NCBI GenBank assembly: GCA_029261065.1
Contig: JAJDCB010000030.1
Span: 196,876-260,875 of the forward strand
DNA from: Candidatus Omnitrophota bacterium
GTDB taxonomy: Bacteria > Omnitrophota > Gorgyraeia > Zapsychrales > Zapsychraceae
DNA: 64,000 nt
Direction: 5' to 3'
The position numbers and the translations under genes were made by a program. The notes under the pieces are model-generated. The model saw nothing but the letters and a program-made list of their open reading frames with translations. It did not search any database and was not told where the DNA came from. Shown in pieces: positions 1-10,217 of this stretch; the stretch's first letter is position 1, and each line of letters opens with the position of its first letter.

Positions 1-106
1 TTGGAAATTAGGAGATAAGAAAAATTCTCAGATGTATCATCGTGAAGCTGATTCTATTGATGCCACGAAAAAAGGGAGTCAGGGGAAGGGGAGTAAGAAA
101 GAGTAA
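1..106 (+). CDS. 3' end of a hypothetical protein (partial, enters from the window edge)
   Basis: Frame 2 is open from position 2 to TAA at 104-106 (WKLGDKKNSQMYHREADSIDATKKGSQGKGSKKE*). Confidence 0.55.
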   Translation, partial: WKLGDKKNSQMYHREADSIDATKKGSQGKGSKKE

Positions 107-165
107 AAGCACGAAATAAAGTTTTCTGAGAATTATTGTATTAAATATTAAATAAAGGGAAGTTT

Positions 166-606
166 ATGAACAAGGCATTTTGGAAATTAAATGGTAAGCC
201 CATCTTATTATTGGTATGTATAGCAATCTTTTTTATTCTTTTTATGGTATTTTTTGTTAAGTATAATGCGACTATTTCAGATGATTTCAGGCGATTAGTT
301 GAAGAGGGTAATAATATTCAAGGAAACATAATAGAAATTAAGATTTTAGAAAGTGTTGTTGTGCACAATCGAAGCGGTGATAAACCAAAAATTATACCAG
401 AAGGAGTTAGAGTCGTTATAGATTATCAAGGCAATGATTTAGAAATGAATAAATTGTACGAAGAATGGTCAATAGAATATAAAGACGCGTATGTTGTTGG
501 ATCAAGCGTAGACCTTTTATATTTACCCTCTAATGCCAAGGTTAAGATTTCTTCAGTGAATAATAAGGTGATTAAGCCTTACATTCTGCATTCTAAGAAA
601 AATTAG
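166..606 (+). CDS. hypothetical protein with N-terminal TM helix (DUF3592-like architecture)
   Basis: 146 aa ORF, SD-like AGGGA upstream, one TM segment then a beta-rich domain ending in YVVGSSVDLLYLP. Confidence 0.65.
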   Translation: MNKAFWKLNGKPILLLVCIAIFFILFMVFFVKYNATISDDFRRLVEEGNNIQGNIIEIKILESVVVHNRSGDKPKIIPEGVRVVIDYQGNDLEMNKLYEEWSIEYKDAYVVGSSVDLLYLPSNAKVKISSVNNKVIKPYILHSKKN

Positions 607-710
607 GCTCAGATGGAGGTAACTCATGAATTTGCCCGAAGTATTCGCAAAGGCGTGTGTTAGCACAAGATAATGTTCAATAATGTTTCTAATAGGTCAG
701 GAGGTTGCCA

Positions 711-1355
711 ATGATTCTAAACAAATCTGTTGTTAGTAAAATAATTGGAATTTATTTTATTATCATTAGCTTATGTCCTGCTTTTGGTTCGCAGTGGTAT
801 TTTTATGAAAAAAATTTATCACAGAGGACCTATCAATCTCTCGAGAATAGGATTACGGATGTGAGTGTGGCTTTAGACAGGGATGGTTTGATAAATGAAG
901 CTGACAGGGATACATTTGAATTGTTATTTGATGATTATAAGACATCTTCCCGTAGTTATAAAAAGAAATATATTGATGGATTTCAATGGTTGTCGTTTTT
1001 TATAAGTATAATGGGTTTGATCACAGGTATTTTGTATTTTTTAGTAGGGGTGTTGATCATAAGAAGATCTAAACGTGGCGTTGGGCTCATCTCTTATGCG
1101 ATACTTACGAGTTTACTCTATTTTGTTCTGCTGATGGGTTATACTTTTGGTCAAGTAACCAACATTTGTGTGTCTATTACGAAGGTGACGACATTAGGTT
1201 CCTATATTAATCCCGAAATCGTCTCCATCCAACTGTCTTTTTATCAGTTTCTTGGCAAACCAGGGGCTGTATGTTCATTGATGTTTATTGTTATTCTTTA
1301 CTTCATTTTACCTGTGTTGTTTGCAAGAAAATTGCATAAGGATAGTGCTTCTTAA
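711..1355 (+). CDS. hypothetical integral membrane protein
   Basis: About 4 hydrophobic segments; SD AGGAGG before the start (ATG 711 or TTG 705). Confidence 0.7.
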   Translation: MILNKSVVSKIIGIYFIIISLCPAFGSQWYFYEKNLSQRTYQSLENRITDVSVALDRDGLINEADRDTFELLFDDYKTSSRSYKKKYIDGFQWLSFFISIMGLITGILYFLVGVLIIRRSKRGVGLISYAILTSLLYFVLLMGYTFGQVTNICVSITKVTTLGSYINPEIVSIQLSFYQFLGKPGAVCSLMFIVILYFILPVLFARKLHKDSAS

Positions 1356-1442
1356 CTCTGAAAGTCATAAACGGTGACATTTTTACTTTCACCTTGCCTG
1401 TCGGAATTCTCGCAGGTATAATAGCCCAAAAAGGGGTGAGAT

Positions 1443-1751
1443 ATGAAAAAAGGGATTGTGTTATGTGTTGTTTTGATGTTTTTGGCCACACCTAGTTTTG
1501 CTTTCTTGTATGATATGAAGTTTTTGACACCATCGGAGATTGGGGCGTTAAAGAGTGCAGATTTGCTTGATCTTTATACAGAAGCAAAAATTGAAGAGAA
1601 GGCTAGCTCTGAATTTCATGAAGCAGCGGGTTTTAATTCGGCTAAAGATTATGAGAAGCGTAAAGATTTATTGCGGTATATTGTTTATCTGCGTAAAGAA
1701 ATGCAAAAGCGTGAGATTGAGCCGGATCCGGTGGATGAGTGGTTGAGGTAG
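1443..1751 (+). CDS. hypothetical secreted protein
   Basis: Sec signal peptide (MKKGIVLCVV...PSFA), upstream TATAAT and GGGGTG SD. Confidence 0.75.
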   Translation: MKKGIVLCVVLMFLATPSFAFLYDMKFLTPSEIGALKSADLLDLYTEAKIEEKASSEFHEAAGFNSAKDYEKRKDLLRYIVYLRKEMQKREIEPDPVDEWLR

Positions 1752-1798
1752 AAATGTTTTTGGGCTCGTAGCAGTCATTTTGTATAGACCAACAACAC

Positions 1799-1891
1799 TG
1801 TCATTTCCGCCCCTTATGTCATTCCCGCGAAAGCGGGAATCTACTGGAGTAAACACCAATCTTTAGATCCCGGATCAAGTCCGGGATGACA
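1799..1891. repeat. GTCATTCCCGCGAAAGCGGGAATC palindromic REP-like cluster
   Basis: ATTCCCGCGAAAGCGGGAAT hairpin plus GATCCCGGATCAAGTCCGGGATGAC; the same family recurs about 10 times in the window. Confidence 0.9.
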
Positions 1892-1937
1892 AGTTCCATA
1901 GTTTTTAATATTAACAATAAGTAAACAAGGTGACAAC

Positions 1938-2498
1938 ATGTCTAGCGATACAATAAGTACCGATCGAAGTCGTTTATTAGAAATTTTAATTAAAGAAGCT
2001 TATTTTAAAGAAAAAATTATTCTCTCTTCAGGTAAAGAGAGTGATTATTATATTGATGCGCGGCGGGTGACGTTAAGTGCGGAAGGTGTTTATTTGATTG
2101 CAAAATTGATTCTTGATCATGTGAAAGATGATAACGTTGATGCTATTGGCGGACCAACACTTGGTGCTGATCCAATGGTAGGTGCTGTTGGTTCGTTAAG
2201 TTTTCAGAATCAAAGACCGGTACAAACTTTTATTATTCGCAAAGCTCCAAAAGCGCATGGGAAACAACAACAAATAGAAGGCCCTTCTATCAGTTCCGAT
2301 CAACGCATTGTCATCATCGATGATGTGGCCACTACAGGTAAAGCATTCTTAGAATCCTTAGATGTTCTCGATAAAATGGGGATTAAGCCGCTTAAGGCGA
2401 TATGCATTGTTGATCGCAATGAAGGCGCCAAAGAGGCTTTAGCCGCTCGCGGGTGTGAGCTGGTTTCCCTTTTCGACATTTCCGAAATCCACAAATGA
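1938..2498 (+). CDS. pyrE: orotate phosphoribosyltransferase
   Basis: LSSGKESDYYID, RKAPKAHG and PRPP-binding VIIDDVATTG motifs. Confidence 0.95.
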   Translation: MSSDTISTDRSRLLEILIKEAYFKEKIILSSGKESDYYIDARRVTLSAEGVYLIAKLILDHVKDDNVDAIGGPTLGADPMVGAVGSLSFQNQRPVQTFIIRKAPKAHGKQQQIEGPSISSDQRIVIIDDVATTGKAFLESLDVLDKMGIKPLKAICIVDRNEGAKEALAARGCELVSLFDISEIHK

Positions 2499-3823
2499 AA
2501 AAATTGATCCTTGCCTCAGGTTCTGCGCAACGAAAAACCCTTCTTAAGAATTTAGGGGTGAAGTTTATTGTTCGTCCAAGTTCTGTTGATGAAATACAGT
2601 CGGTTCAAACCACAGTTTCTGCATTAGTCAAAGATAATGCACGTCTTAAGGCTGAAGATATTGCCGCGCGTTATAAAGAAGGTGTTGTCATTGGAGCGGA
2701 CACGGTTGTTTACGCTGGTAATAAAAAAATTATCGGTAAACCGAAATCCTACAAAGAAGCTCGTCAAATCCTCAAACTTTTGTTTTCCAAACCACAATGG
2801 GTTTACACCGGTGTCGTTGTTATTGATATTGCAACGAATAAACGTATCATTGATTATGAAAAGACGCGTGTGCATATGTTGCCTTTAACGGATGAAGAGA
2901 TTAAAACATATCACAGTAAAGTAAATCCTTTTGATAAAGCGGGTGGATTTGATATTGAAGGGTGGGGGAGTATTTTCATTCATCGGATAGAAGGGTGTTA
3001 TTCAAATGTGATTGGTTTACCGATGTCCAAACTGGCGACGATGTTAAAAAAGGTAGGCGTCTCAATATTAAGTGTGTTGATGCTTTGTATTTTAAGCGGT
3101 TGTGCGACAGAATATAATTTAGCTACGGGTAAAGAAGAGACCTTGATGTATGGAACGGATAAGGAGGTGAATATTGGTCGTAAGGTATCGCAGTCCGTTG
3201 AGCGAAGGTATAAAATTAATACAGATGTGGATATTAATGAACGGATAGAAAAAATTTTTGAGCGTATTGTAGCTGTCTCTGATCGTCGTGATATTGTCTA
3301 TTTTATTAAAATTATTGATGAGGAAGATGTTGTGAATGCTGTTAGTTTGCCTGGTGGGTATGTTTATCTTTTTAAAGGGTTGTTGGATAAGCTAGAAAAC
3401 GATGATCAAATTGCCGGTGTCATCGCGCATGAGGTGGGACACATTACGGCAAAACACGGTATTAAAAGATTACAAGCTTCTTATGGGGCGATGTTATTAC
3501 AGATCGCCTCCACACAAGCCAATGGTAATGTGGCAGGGGGCTTAAGTTTTGCGTTACAGTCCTTATTTTTGGAGTATTCACAGAAAGCAGAGTTTGAGTC
3601 TGATCGATTAGCGGTTAAGTATACAAAAAAGGCCGGCTATGATCCCAATGAAATGCTTTATGTTTTAAAAGTTTTAAAAGAAGAGAATGACAAATCTCCT
3701 TTGCGTCAATATTCTTACTGGCGCACACACCCTTTTGTCTCTCAGCGTATTGCTGTTGTTAATGAAGCGATTACGGGGAAGTTAGAGTATCGGGATTATT
3801 TGAAGTTGATTGATAGTTATTGA
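2495..3823 (+). CDS. maf: Maf-family nucleotide pyrophosphatase fused to a lipoprotein-type M48 zinc peptidase
   Basis: N-terminal ILASGSAQRK, IGADTVV, IIGKP, DKAGGF, NVIGLP (Maf); internal lipobox ILSG^C; C-terminal NAVSLPGG, AHEVGH, EFESD, THP (M48). Confidence 0.9.
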   Translation: MKKLILASGSAQRKTLLKNLGVKFIVRPSSVDEIQSVQTTVSALVKDNARLKAEDIAARYKEGVVIGADTVVYAGNKKIIGKPKSYKEARQILKLLFSKPQWVYTGVVVIDIATNKRIIDYEKTRVHMLPLTDEEIKTYHSKVNPFDKAGGFDIEGWGSIFIHRIEGCYSNVIGLPMSKLATMLKKVGVSILSVLMLCILSGCATEYNLATGKEETLMYGTDKEVNIGRKVSQSVERRYKINTDVDINERIEKIFERIVAVSDRRDIVYFIKIIDEEDVVNAVSLPGGYVYLFKGLLDKLENDDQIAGVIAHEVGHITAKHGIKRLQASYGAMLLQIASTQANGNVAGGLSFALQSLFLEYSQKAEFESDRLAVKYTKKAGYDPNEMLYVLKVLKEENDKSPLRQYSYWRTHPFVSQRIAVVNEAITGKLEYRDYLKLIDSY

Positions 3824-3840
3824 GGGGTGATTTCGGGCAT

Positions 3841-3992
3841 GGGATCCTCGCTGGAGTTTACCCCATGGATTCCCGCTTTTGCGGGAATGTCAGATGGGGA
3901 GGGGATGACAAATCCTTGTCATTCCCGTGAGTTTGTCATTCTCGAGAGCTTGTCATTCTCGCGAGTTTGTCATTCCCGCGAAAGCGGGAATC
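3841..3992. repeat. REP-like GTCATTCCCGC cluster
   Basis: Several tandem TGTCATTCYCGNGAG units and ATTCCCGC...GCGGGAAT hairpins. Confidence 0.9.
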
Positions 3993-4008
3993 TATTTTCG
4001 GTTGCCCT

Positions 4009-4461
4009 ATGATGCTAAAATTAAAATACTACCTCACAGCAGCAATACTCCTTACCCTCAGCGCTTGCTCAAATCAATTAAGCAATAAAGTCTGCTTTGA
4101 AAAACAATGCATAGACGTTGAGGTTGTTACGAAACAAGAAGATGTCATGCGAGGTTTACAGGAACGGGAATCATTGCGAAAAAATTCTGGTATGTTGTTC
4201 GTGTTTCCTAAAAGGGGCAAACATTCCTTTTGGATGAAGGATACCTGGATTCCCTTAGATATGATTTGGTTGGATGCCTCTCAAAGAATTATATATATTC
4301 AAAACAATGTGCCACCTTGCAAAAATGATCCATGCCCATCTTATGGTCCTGATGGTGATTCTTTTTATGTGCTGGAAGTTAATACCGGCTACGTAAAGGA
4401 GTTAGGGTTAAAGGTAGGAGATCGAGCGGAATTTCATATTGTCGATGAGGCACAGTCTTAA
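4009..4461 (+). CDS. DUF192 family lipoprotein
   Basis: LSA^C lipobox; GMLFVF, FWMKDTWIPLDMIW, YVLEVNTG motifs. The upstream in-frame extension is repeat-derived. Confidence 0.9.
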   Translation: MMLKLKYYLTAAILLTLSACSNQLSNKVCFEKQCIDVEVVTKQEDVMRGLQERESLRKNSGMLFVFPKRGKHSFWMKDTWIPLDMIWLDASQRIIYIQNNVPPCKNDPCPSYGPDGDSFYVLEVNTGYVKELGLKVGDRAEFHIVDEAQS

Positions 4462-4475
4462 AATAAAGCTACCTT

Positions 4476-6185
4476 ATGAATAAATTTAAAGTATGCGCAA
4501 TTGGCGTCTTGCTCGTAATATTTTCTCTATCTTGTGTTTTTTTCCTTGATCGGATGTTCGCCGCCTCCCAAAGCCCTCTCTGGCTTGATGAACATTATGG
4601 GTTAAAACGTTCGACCCGTTATCCTAGTTATGGAGAACTCATTGTTCGTGGTGCCCAGTCCCAAGGAAGTGCCGCCCCGCTAGATTTTCTTATTATTAAA
4701 AGTATTGATAAGATGAAAACATCTCTTAATTGGTTGGGATTAAGACCGCATGTTTATTATCGTTTATTCGCTAACCTTGTAACCGTTTTTAGTGGGCTGC
4801 TTATTTTTATTTTGTTTCTAAAAGAGGTTTATCGGGAAAAAGAACACCTCTGGCTAAGGTATGTTCAGCTGCTCCTACTGATACTTGGCATCATGTCTTA
4901 TTATTATGCCCCCGTTATTCATCATTATGCGGCTGAGATGCGACCATATGCTTTGTGGAGTTCTCTTTGGTTTATTGTTCTTGGTTTAACATTATTGAGA
5001 GTGGCATGGATGCCGTATATCTTCGTTACTCTCATTTTATTATCCTTTAGCGCCACAGCTTCTATTTTTCAGATGGGGGCCTTGGGTATTTGTTATTTTT
5101 TTCTTAGCGCATCTTCAAATCGAAAACAAAGTCTTGTTGAGATAGTCAAAGTTTTTGGTTTACCAATTTTCATTGCACTGTATTACTGCTTACAAGTTCA
5201 ACAGTTTGATCACCCAGCTGAAAGCAATACCTGGAATAATTTTTTCACCTTTTGGAGTCATAAAGCTTATTTGCTTCCTTTATTGATTATGGTTACAGGG
5301 TTTTGTTTATTTCAGAAAAAGAGTAAGTCGTTGGCGATTGCACCTGCAAGTGTTGTATTGTTAACTCTTATGGGCCCCTTAATTTTCTTCATTACAAGAT
5401 TAAAGGGCGTCTTTTTAGCGGAAAGGCATTACATTTATTATGATCATATTCTGCCAATAACGATATTGACACTTGTTGTTGTATTTCCAATAATTATTGA
5501 GCGTATTAATAGTAAAGTTTGGCAAAAGGGAGTCGTTATTGGGTTAGTTCTTATTGCAATAATAGTCACTTTTCGTCCTGCGGTGAATAAGCGCTTTAAG
5601 GCTAGTGTTATTAATGGTTTGTATTTGTTGAAAGATGCTTCTTTGATTAAACAGACATCTCTTGATAAAAAGTTTACGGTTCCTTATTGGGATTCCGATA
5701 AACTAATTTGGGAGGCGAAAGATTTTTCAAGGGCGTCTCAGCATATAATAGGTCAGGCCGTTTGGTTTTTTGATGAGAAGAATCCAAGAATTGCATTGGT
5801 TCATGAAGTGGGTGATGATAAGATAAATCAACAGTCTTTAATTGAGATCGTTAAGCAGCACTATTCTACGGGAGAATTAAAGGTAACTGTTCCCTATCTG
5901 GATGGCGAAATCCATGGGGATCTAGAAATGTTTTATAAAGATGGTTCGTATAAAGCTTTGGCTCAGTATGTTAAAGGCCAACAGCATGGTTTGACGCGTA
6001 AATATTATAAAAATGGTAAGCTTCAAGCTGAAGGGGCGTTTGTTGCAGGTAAAACACAAGGAAAGTCTCTTTTTTATTATGAAAATGGGAGTGTCCAACG
6101 TGAAGATCATTTTGAAAAAGGGCAGTTGCTACAACGAAAACAATTTAATCAAGATGGTCAATTAATCTCAGAAAAAAAGTTCTAA
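4476..6185 (+). CDS. GT-C/PMT_2-like multi-TM glycosyltransferase fused to C-terminal MORN-variant repeats
   Basis: PLWLDE and AEMRPYAL motifs with about 11 TM segments; C-terminal YYKNGKLQAEG / YYENGSVQRE repeats. Confidence 0.7.
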   Translation: MNKFKVCAIGVLLVIFSLSCVFFLDRMFAASQSPLWLDEHYGLKRSTRYPSYGELIVRGAQSQGSAAPLDFLIIKSIDKMKTSLNWLGLRPHVYYRLFANLVTVFSGLLIFILFLKEVYREKEHLWLRYVQLLLLILGIMSYYYAPVIHHYAAEMRPYALWSSLWFIVLGLTLLRVAWMPYIFVTLILLSFSATASIFQMGALGICYFFLSASSNRKQSLVEIVKVFGLPIFIALYYCLQVQQFDHPAESNTWNNFFTFWSHKAYLLPLLIMVTGFCLFQKKSKSLAIAPASVVLLTLMGPLIFFITRLKGVFLAERHYIYYDHILPITILTLVVVFPIIIERINSKVWQKGVVIGLVLIAIIVTFRPAVNKRFKASVINGLYLLKDASLIKQTSLDKKFTVPYWDSDKLIWEAKDFSRASQHIIGQAVWFFDEKNPRIALVHEVGDDKINQQSLIEIVKQHYSTGELKVTVPYLDGEIHGDLEMFYKDGSYKALAQYVKGQQHGLTRKYYKNGKLQAEGAFVAGKTQGKSLFYYENGSVQREDHFEKGQLLQRKQFNQDGQLISEKKF

Positions 6186-6188
6186 GGT

Positions 6189-7649
6189 ATGTATTATTTT
6201 AATCCATATGCTATTGGGCCGTTATTAACGGGAGTGATGTGTTTTGCTTTAGGGCAATATGTGCATCAGATGGATCGTGAAGATCGGACACGTCAGGCTT
6301 TTTTTGGTTTGAATGTGTTAGCGAGTCTTTGGTGTTTGAGTCAAGCGATGGTGTTAAGTGCTACAGATTTAACGTTAGCCAGCTTTTGGTCTCATGTTAT
6401 GTTCTCAGCCATCATCCTTATGCCTGTCAGCATGTTTCATTTGGCCAGTCATTGGTGTAAGAGATATCAACGACAAAAGCTTATTCGATGGGTGATAAAT
6501 TTTCAAGCCTTATGCCTTGTGATCTTAAGTTGGGGACCCGATTTTTTATCGGGATACACGCCATACTTTTTCGGTCTTTTTCCGCGAGCAGGTGCTTTGA
6601 TGTATTTAGTTGTTTTCTTTATGTTGTCTAATTTCACAATCAGTTTTTTAAACATTAATAAGTATCATTTTTCTCAAAAAAAATTAAAAAAAAGACAAGA
6701 AGCTCGTTTTGTGATGTTATCGTTCTTGATTCTTCTTTTAAGTTATTCGGATGTTTTTGTTAGTTATCAACAAAGTTTGTATCCTTTAGGTTATATTGTT
6801 CTCTTTGGATTTTCTTTAAGTATGTCATTGTTTCTTTTAAGAAAAAGTGTGGCTTTATTGCATGAGCGTGTAAGGAGTGTTGAGGAGCAAATGCAATTTA
6901 AATCTAATGAGGCATCTATAGTTTCTGAAGAACTGAAAGGCGTGCAGTTTCAGCTCTTGGAAGCTGGAAAAAAATCAGCATTAGTAAGTTTGAGTGCAGG
7001 AATCCTTCATCAAATTAGCCAACCTATTACAGCAATTTATGGGTTTATCAAATTTTTAAAAAAAGAGGTAAAAGAAGATCACGAGTTTTATAAGCCGATC
7101 CATCTGGTAGATGAGCAAACGATGTATTTAAAGCAGATGCTTGGAAATTTGATGGAGCTTGTGCAGCATAAAGATATAAAGAAGGAAGCTATTAATGTTA
7201 ATGAACCTGTAGAAAATGCTGTTAATTTATTAACGGATGAATTACGCATTGGACGGGTTAAGTGGGAGTTAGACCTAGCTGAGGATTTGCCTCAGATTTG
7301 TGCGGATAACATTAATCTTCAACAAATTTTCATGAACTTTATTATTAATGCCATTCAAGCCCTTGGAACGTTGCCCAAGGGGGAGGAGCGTCAGTTATTG
7401 GTGTCGAGTAAGGTTGATGAGGATAACAAATTTGTTGCAGTGTCTTTTCAAGATTCTGGTCCGGGGGTCAGTAAAGGAGAGGTGGAGCGGATATTTGAGC
7501 CGTTTTATTCTACGAAAGAAAAGGCTGTTGGGATTGGCTTAGCCCTTTGTCAGGATTTGGTTGAGGAGCATGGGGGGCAGATTTTGGTGGATTCAAGTGT
7601 TAAGCAGGGTGTTAGTTTTGTGGTGAAGTTGCCGGTGATTGGATCGTAA
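6189..7649 (+). CDS. sensor histidine kinase with N-terminal 7TM region
   Basis: H-box ILHQISQPIT, N-box MNFIINAIQA, DSGPG, FEPFYSTK, GIGLALC. Confidence 0.92.
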   Translation: MYYFNPYAIGPLLTGVMCFALGQYVHQMDREDRTRQAFFGLNVLASLWCLSQAMVLSATDLTLASFWSHVMFSAIILMPVSMFHLASHWCKRYQRQKLIRWVINFQALCLVILSWGPDFLSGYTPYFFGLFPRAGALMYLVVFFMLSNFTISFLNINKYHFSQKKLKKRQEARFVMLSFLILLLSYSDVFVSYQQSLYPLGYIVLFGFSLSMSLFLLRKSVALLHERVRSVEEQMQFKSNEASIVSEELKGVQFQLLEAGKKSALVSLSAGILHQISQPITAIYGFIKFLKKEVKEDHEFYKPIHLVDEQTMYLKQMLGNLMELVQHKDIKKEAINVNEPVENAVNLLTDELRIGRVKWELDLAEDLPQICADNINLQQIFMNFIINAIQALGTLPKGEERQLLVSSKVDEDNKFVAVSFQDSGPGVSKGEVERIFEPFYSTKEKAVGIGLALCQDLVEEHGGQILVDSSVKQGVSFVVKLPVIGS

Positions 7650-7691
7650 AGTATTGGAGTGTAGTTGTTTATGTGTAAGTTGTAGAAATCA

Positions 7692-7770
7692 TGTCGTCCC
7701 CGCGGAAGCGGAGATCCAATAATAGAAATATTATTACTTATTGGAGGTTCACGCTTCTGCGGGAATGACA
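7692..7770. repeat. REP-like inverted pair (degenerate)
   Basis: TGTCGTCCCCGCGGAAGCGGAGATCC ... CGCTTCTGCGGGAATGACA. Confidence 0.8.
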
Positions 7771-7913
7771 TGTTTACTATGACACGATTACGATGACTTG
7801 TTTTAAGCGGATTATGTTGTATATTTAAAGTAGCACAAAGGGGGGATAAACCATTTAGGTTTATGCCCCTATTTTTTTGGATCTTAGGCTTGTTGCAATG
7901 TAAAGGACATCTA

Positions 7914-8291
7914 ATGGATAAGATCAATGTGTTAGTGGTGGATGATAAGAAAATTATTCGAGATCTCTTTGACTACATTTTGGGCTATCATGGTCATCAT
8001 ATTACGGCCGTCAGTAACGGTACGGATGCTATTGAGGCTGTGATTCAGAATCAGTTTGATGTTGTTTTTTTGGATATTGTGATGCCTGGAACGGATGGTG
8101 TTACGGTCCTTGAAAGGTTTAAAGAAATAAAACCCCAAATGCCGGTTGTCATGATGAGTGGCTATTCCGTAAAAGCTAAACAAGAGAGAGTTGCTGAGTT
8201 AGGAGCTGTGACGTGTCTTAGAAAGCCGTTTGAGATGGATGAGGTTGCTGAGGTTTTAAAGGTGGCTTTGGGTAAAGAGATTCAGGAATGA
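7914..8291 (+). CDS. single-domain response regulator
   Basis: VLVVDD, LDIVMPG, KPF; SD AAGGA before ATG 7914. Confidence 0.92.
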   Translation: MDKINVLVVDDKKIIRDLFDYILGYHGHHITAVSNGTDAIEAVIQNQFDVVFLDIVMPGTDGVTVLERFKEIKPQMPVVMMSGYSVKAKQERVAELGAVTCLRKPFEMDEVAEVLKVALGKEIQE

Positions 8292-8303
8292 TAATATTAC
8301 GTA

Positions 8304-10070
8304 TTATTTTCTTTTCGGTCGATATATATGCGTACTCTGACCATAGAAGCTTTCCGCTGCTTCCATAATCGTTTCGCTAAGAGTGGGATGAGGATGTATG
8401 GTGAGTTTCAGATCAGAGGCAAGTGCGCCCATTTCTAAAGCGAGGACACCTTCGGCGATCATCTCACCGGCACCAGCTCCAACAATGGAGACACCTAAAA
8501 TACGTTCGGTATCAGGATCAATAAGAAGTTTTGTAAGGCCATCGGTACGATCCAATGTGATAGCACGACCGGATGCGGCCCAAGGAAACTTTTGTACAAC
8601 GTAATTTCGATTCTGGGCTTTAGCTTCTGTTTCGGTTAACCCGCACCAAGCAATCTCAGGATCTGTAAAGACAACGCATGGAATGGCATTGGGTTCAAAG
8701 GCAACTTTGTGACCGGCGATGGTTTCAGCCGCGACAATACCTTCATGAGATGCTTTGTGGGCTAACATGGGTTGTCCTACAATATCACCAATAGCAAAAA
8801 TGGATGGATCTGCCGTTTGCATCTGTGCGTTAACGTCAATAAATTTTTGTTCATTAAGAGTGATTTTTGTCTTTTCTAATCCGATGTTTTCCGTGTTTGG
8901 ACGACGACCGATGGCCATTAATACTTTTTCATATTCTTTATCAAATGTCTTTCCATCTTTATCTTCAAATGTAACTTTAAGACCCTTTTCAACTTCTTCA
9001 ATTTTAGCCACTTTTGTTTCAACCATAATATCGCGTAGGATTGTTTTTAATCTCTTCTCTAAAATGTTAGCCACATCTCGATCGGCGCCAGCCATAAGGG
9101 TAGGAAGCATTTCAACGACGTCAAGCTCGCTTCCTAATTCAGCATAGACCGTACCTAATTCAAGTCCGATGTATCCACCGCCCACAAGCAACATGGTCTC
9201 TGGAACGCTTTCGATATCAAGGGCTGTTGTTGAATCGAGTATGCGTGGGGAATCTGGTAAGTTAGGAATCATGATAGGTCGTGATCCTGTTGCCAGAATG
9301 GCTTTTTCAAATTTTAACTCTTCATTAGATCCATCGGCTTTGGCAATGTTCAGTGTGTTAGAGTCAACAAAGGTGCAGCGGCCTTGAATGAATTTAACTT
9401 TACGTTGTTTGGCTAGTTGTCCTAAACCACTTGTCAGTCGATCAACCACACTATTTTTCCACGCTCGTAATTTATCTAAGTAGATCTTAGGACGACCAAA
9501 TTCAATACCAAAATTCGCAGCTTCTTTGGCTTCTGATAAAACTTTAGCAGCATGAAGAAGAGCTTTAGAAGGAATACATCCGCGGTACAAACAGACGCCT
9601 CCGGGATTAACATCCAAATCAATTAAGGTCACATCTAATCCAAGATCAGCGGCCATGAAGGCGGCCGTGTAACCACCAGGTCCACCACCGATGACAACAA
9701 CACTTTTGTTTTCTGTTGGAACTGTTTCTTCAACGGCGGCAGGTTTCGGTTGCGATTCTGTTTTGGGAGCTTCGGGTGTTGATTTTTGTTCGGTCACAGG
9801 TTTGCTTTCAGGCGCGGATGATTTTTCAGCTGCAGCGGATTCTTCGATTGTTAAGACAACAGAGCCAACTTTAATTTCATCACCTTCTTTAACTAAGATT
9901 TCTTTAACGACACCTCCTACAGGCGAGGGGACAGGAAGGGATGCTTTATCTGTCTCTAATTCAATAAGGTCTTGATCTTTGGTAATGGTGTCACCGACAG
10001 CGACAAAGATTTTAACAATTGTACCTGATTCTATATTTTCACCGACTTCGGGGAGTTTGAATTCGAACAT
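8304..10070 (-). CDS. lpdA: dihydrolipoamide dehydrogenase (E3) with N-terminal lipoyl domain
   Basis: ETDKA lipoyl motif, GGGPGG, CLYRGCIPSK redox cysteines, HPHPTLSE. Confidence 0.96.
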   Translation of the reverse strand: MFEFKLPEVGENIESGTIVKIFVAVGDTITKDQDLIELETDKASLPVPSPVGGVVKEILVKEGDEIKVGSVVLTIEESAAAEKSSAPESKPVTEQKSTPEAPKTESQPKPAAVEETVPTENKSVVVIGGGPGGYTAAFMAADLGLDVTLIDLDVNPGGVCLYRGCIPSKALLHAAKVLSEAKEAANFGIEFGRPKIYLDKLRAWKNSVVDRLTSGLGQLAKQRKVKFIQGRCTFVDSNTLNIAKADGSNEELKFEKAILATGSRPIMIPNLPDSPRILDSTTALDIESVPETMLLVGGGYIGLELGTVYAELGSELDVVEMLPTLMAGADRDVANILEKRLKTILRDIMVETKVAKIEEVEKGLKVTFEDKDGKTFDKEYEKVLMAIGRRPNTENIGLEKTKITLNEQKFIDVNAQMQTADPSIFAIGDIVGQPMLAHKASHEGIVAAETIAGHKVAFEPNAIPCVVFTDPEIAWCGLTETEAKAQNRNYVVQKFPWAASGRAITLDRTDGLTKLLIDPDTERILGVSIVGAGAGEMIAEGVLALEMGALASDLKLTIHPHPTLSETIMEAAESFYGQSTHIYRPKRK

Positions 10071-10104
10071 GATTGCCTTGTTTGTATTGTTGATTATGGA
10101 AGCG

Positions 10105-10193
10105 AGTGATAGAGTGCTAGAGTGATAAAGTGGTAGGTTGAGTTTTTATTAACAATTTTTATTATCACTTTATCACTCTAGCACTTTACCACT
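10105..10193. repeat. inverted tandem 8-mer repeat (AGTGRTAR)n ... (YTAYCACT)n
   Basis: Four 8-mers, an AT-rich spacer, then four complementary 8-mers. Confidence 0.85.
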
Positions 10194-10217
10194 AAATAAA
10201 TTTAATCTTAATCCAAT

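Noticed and set aside
1668-4012. ORFs 1668-1859 and 3827-4012 (also 7550-7927, 14462-14650, 49017-49244)
   Set aside because: They are translations of palindromic repeats (DSRFRGND, WIPAFAGM, SFPRKRES-type peptides), not genes.
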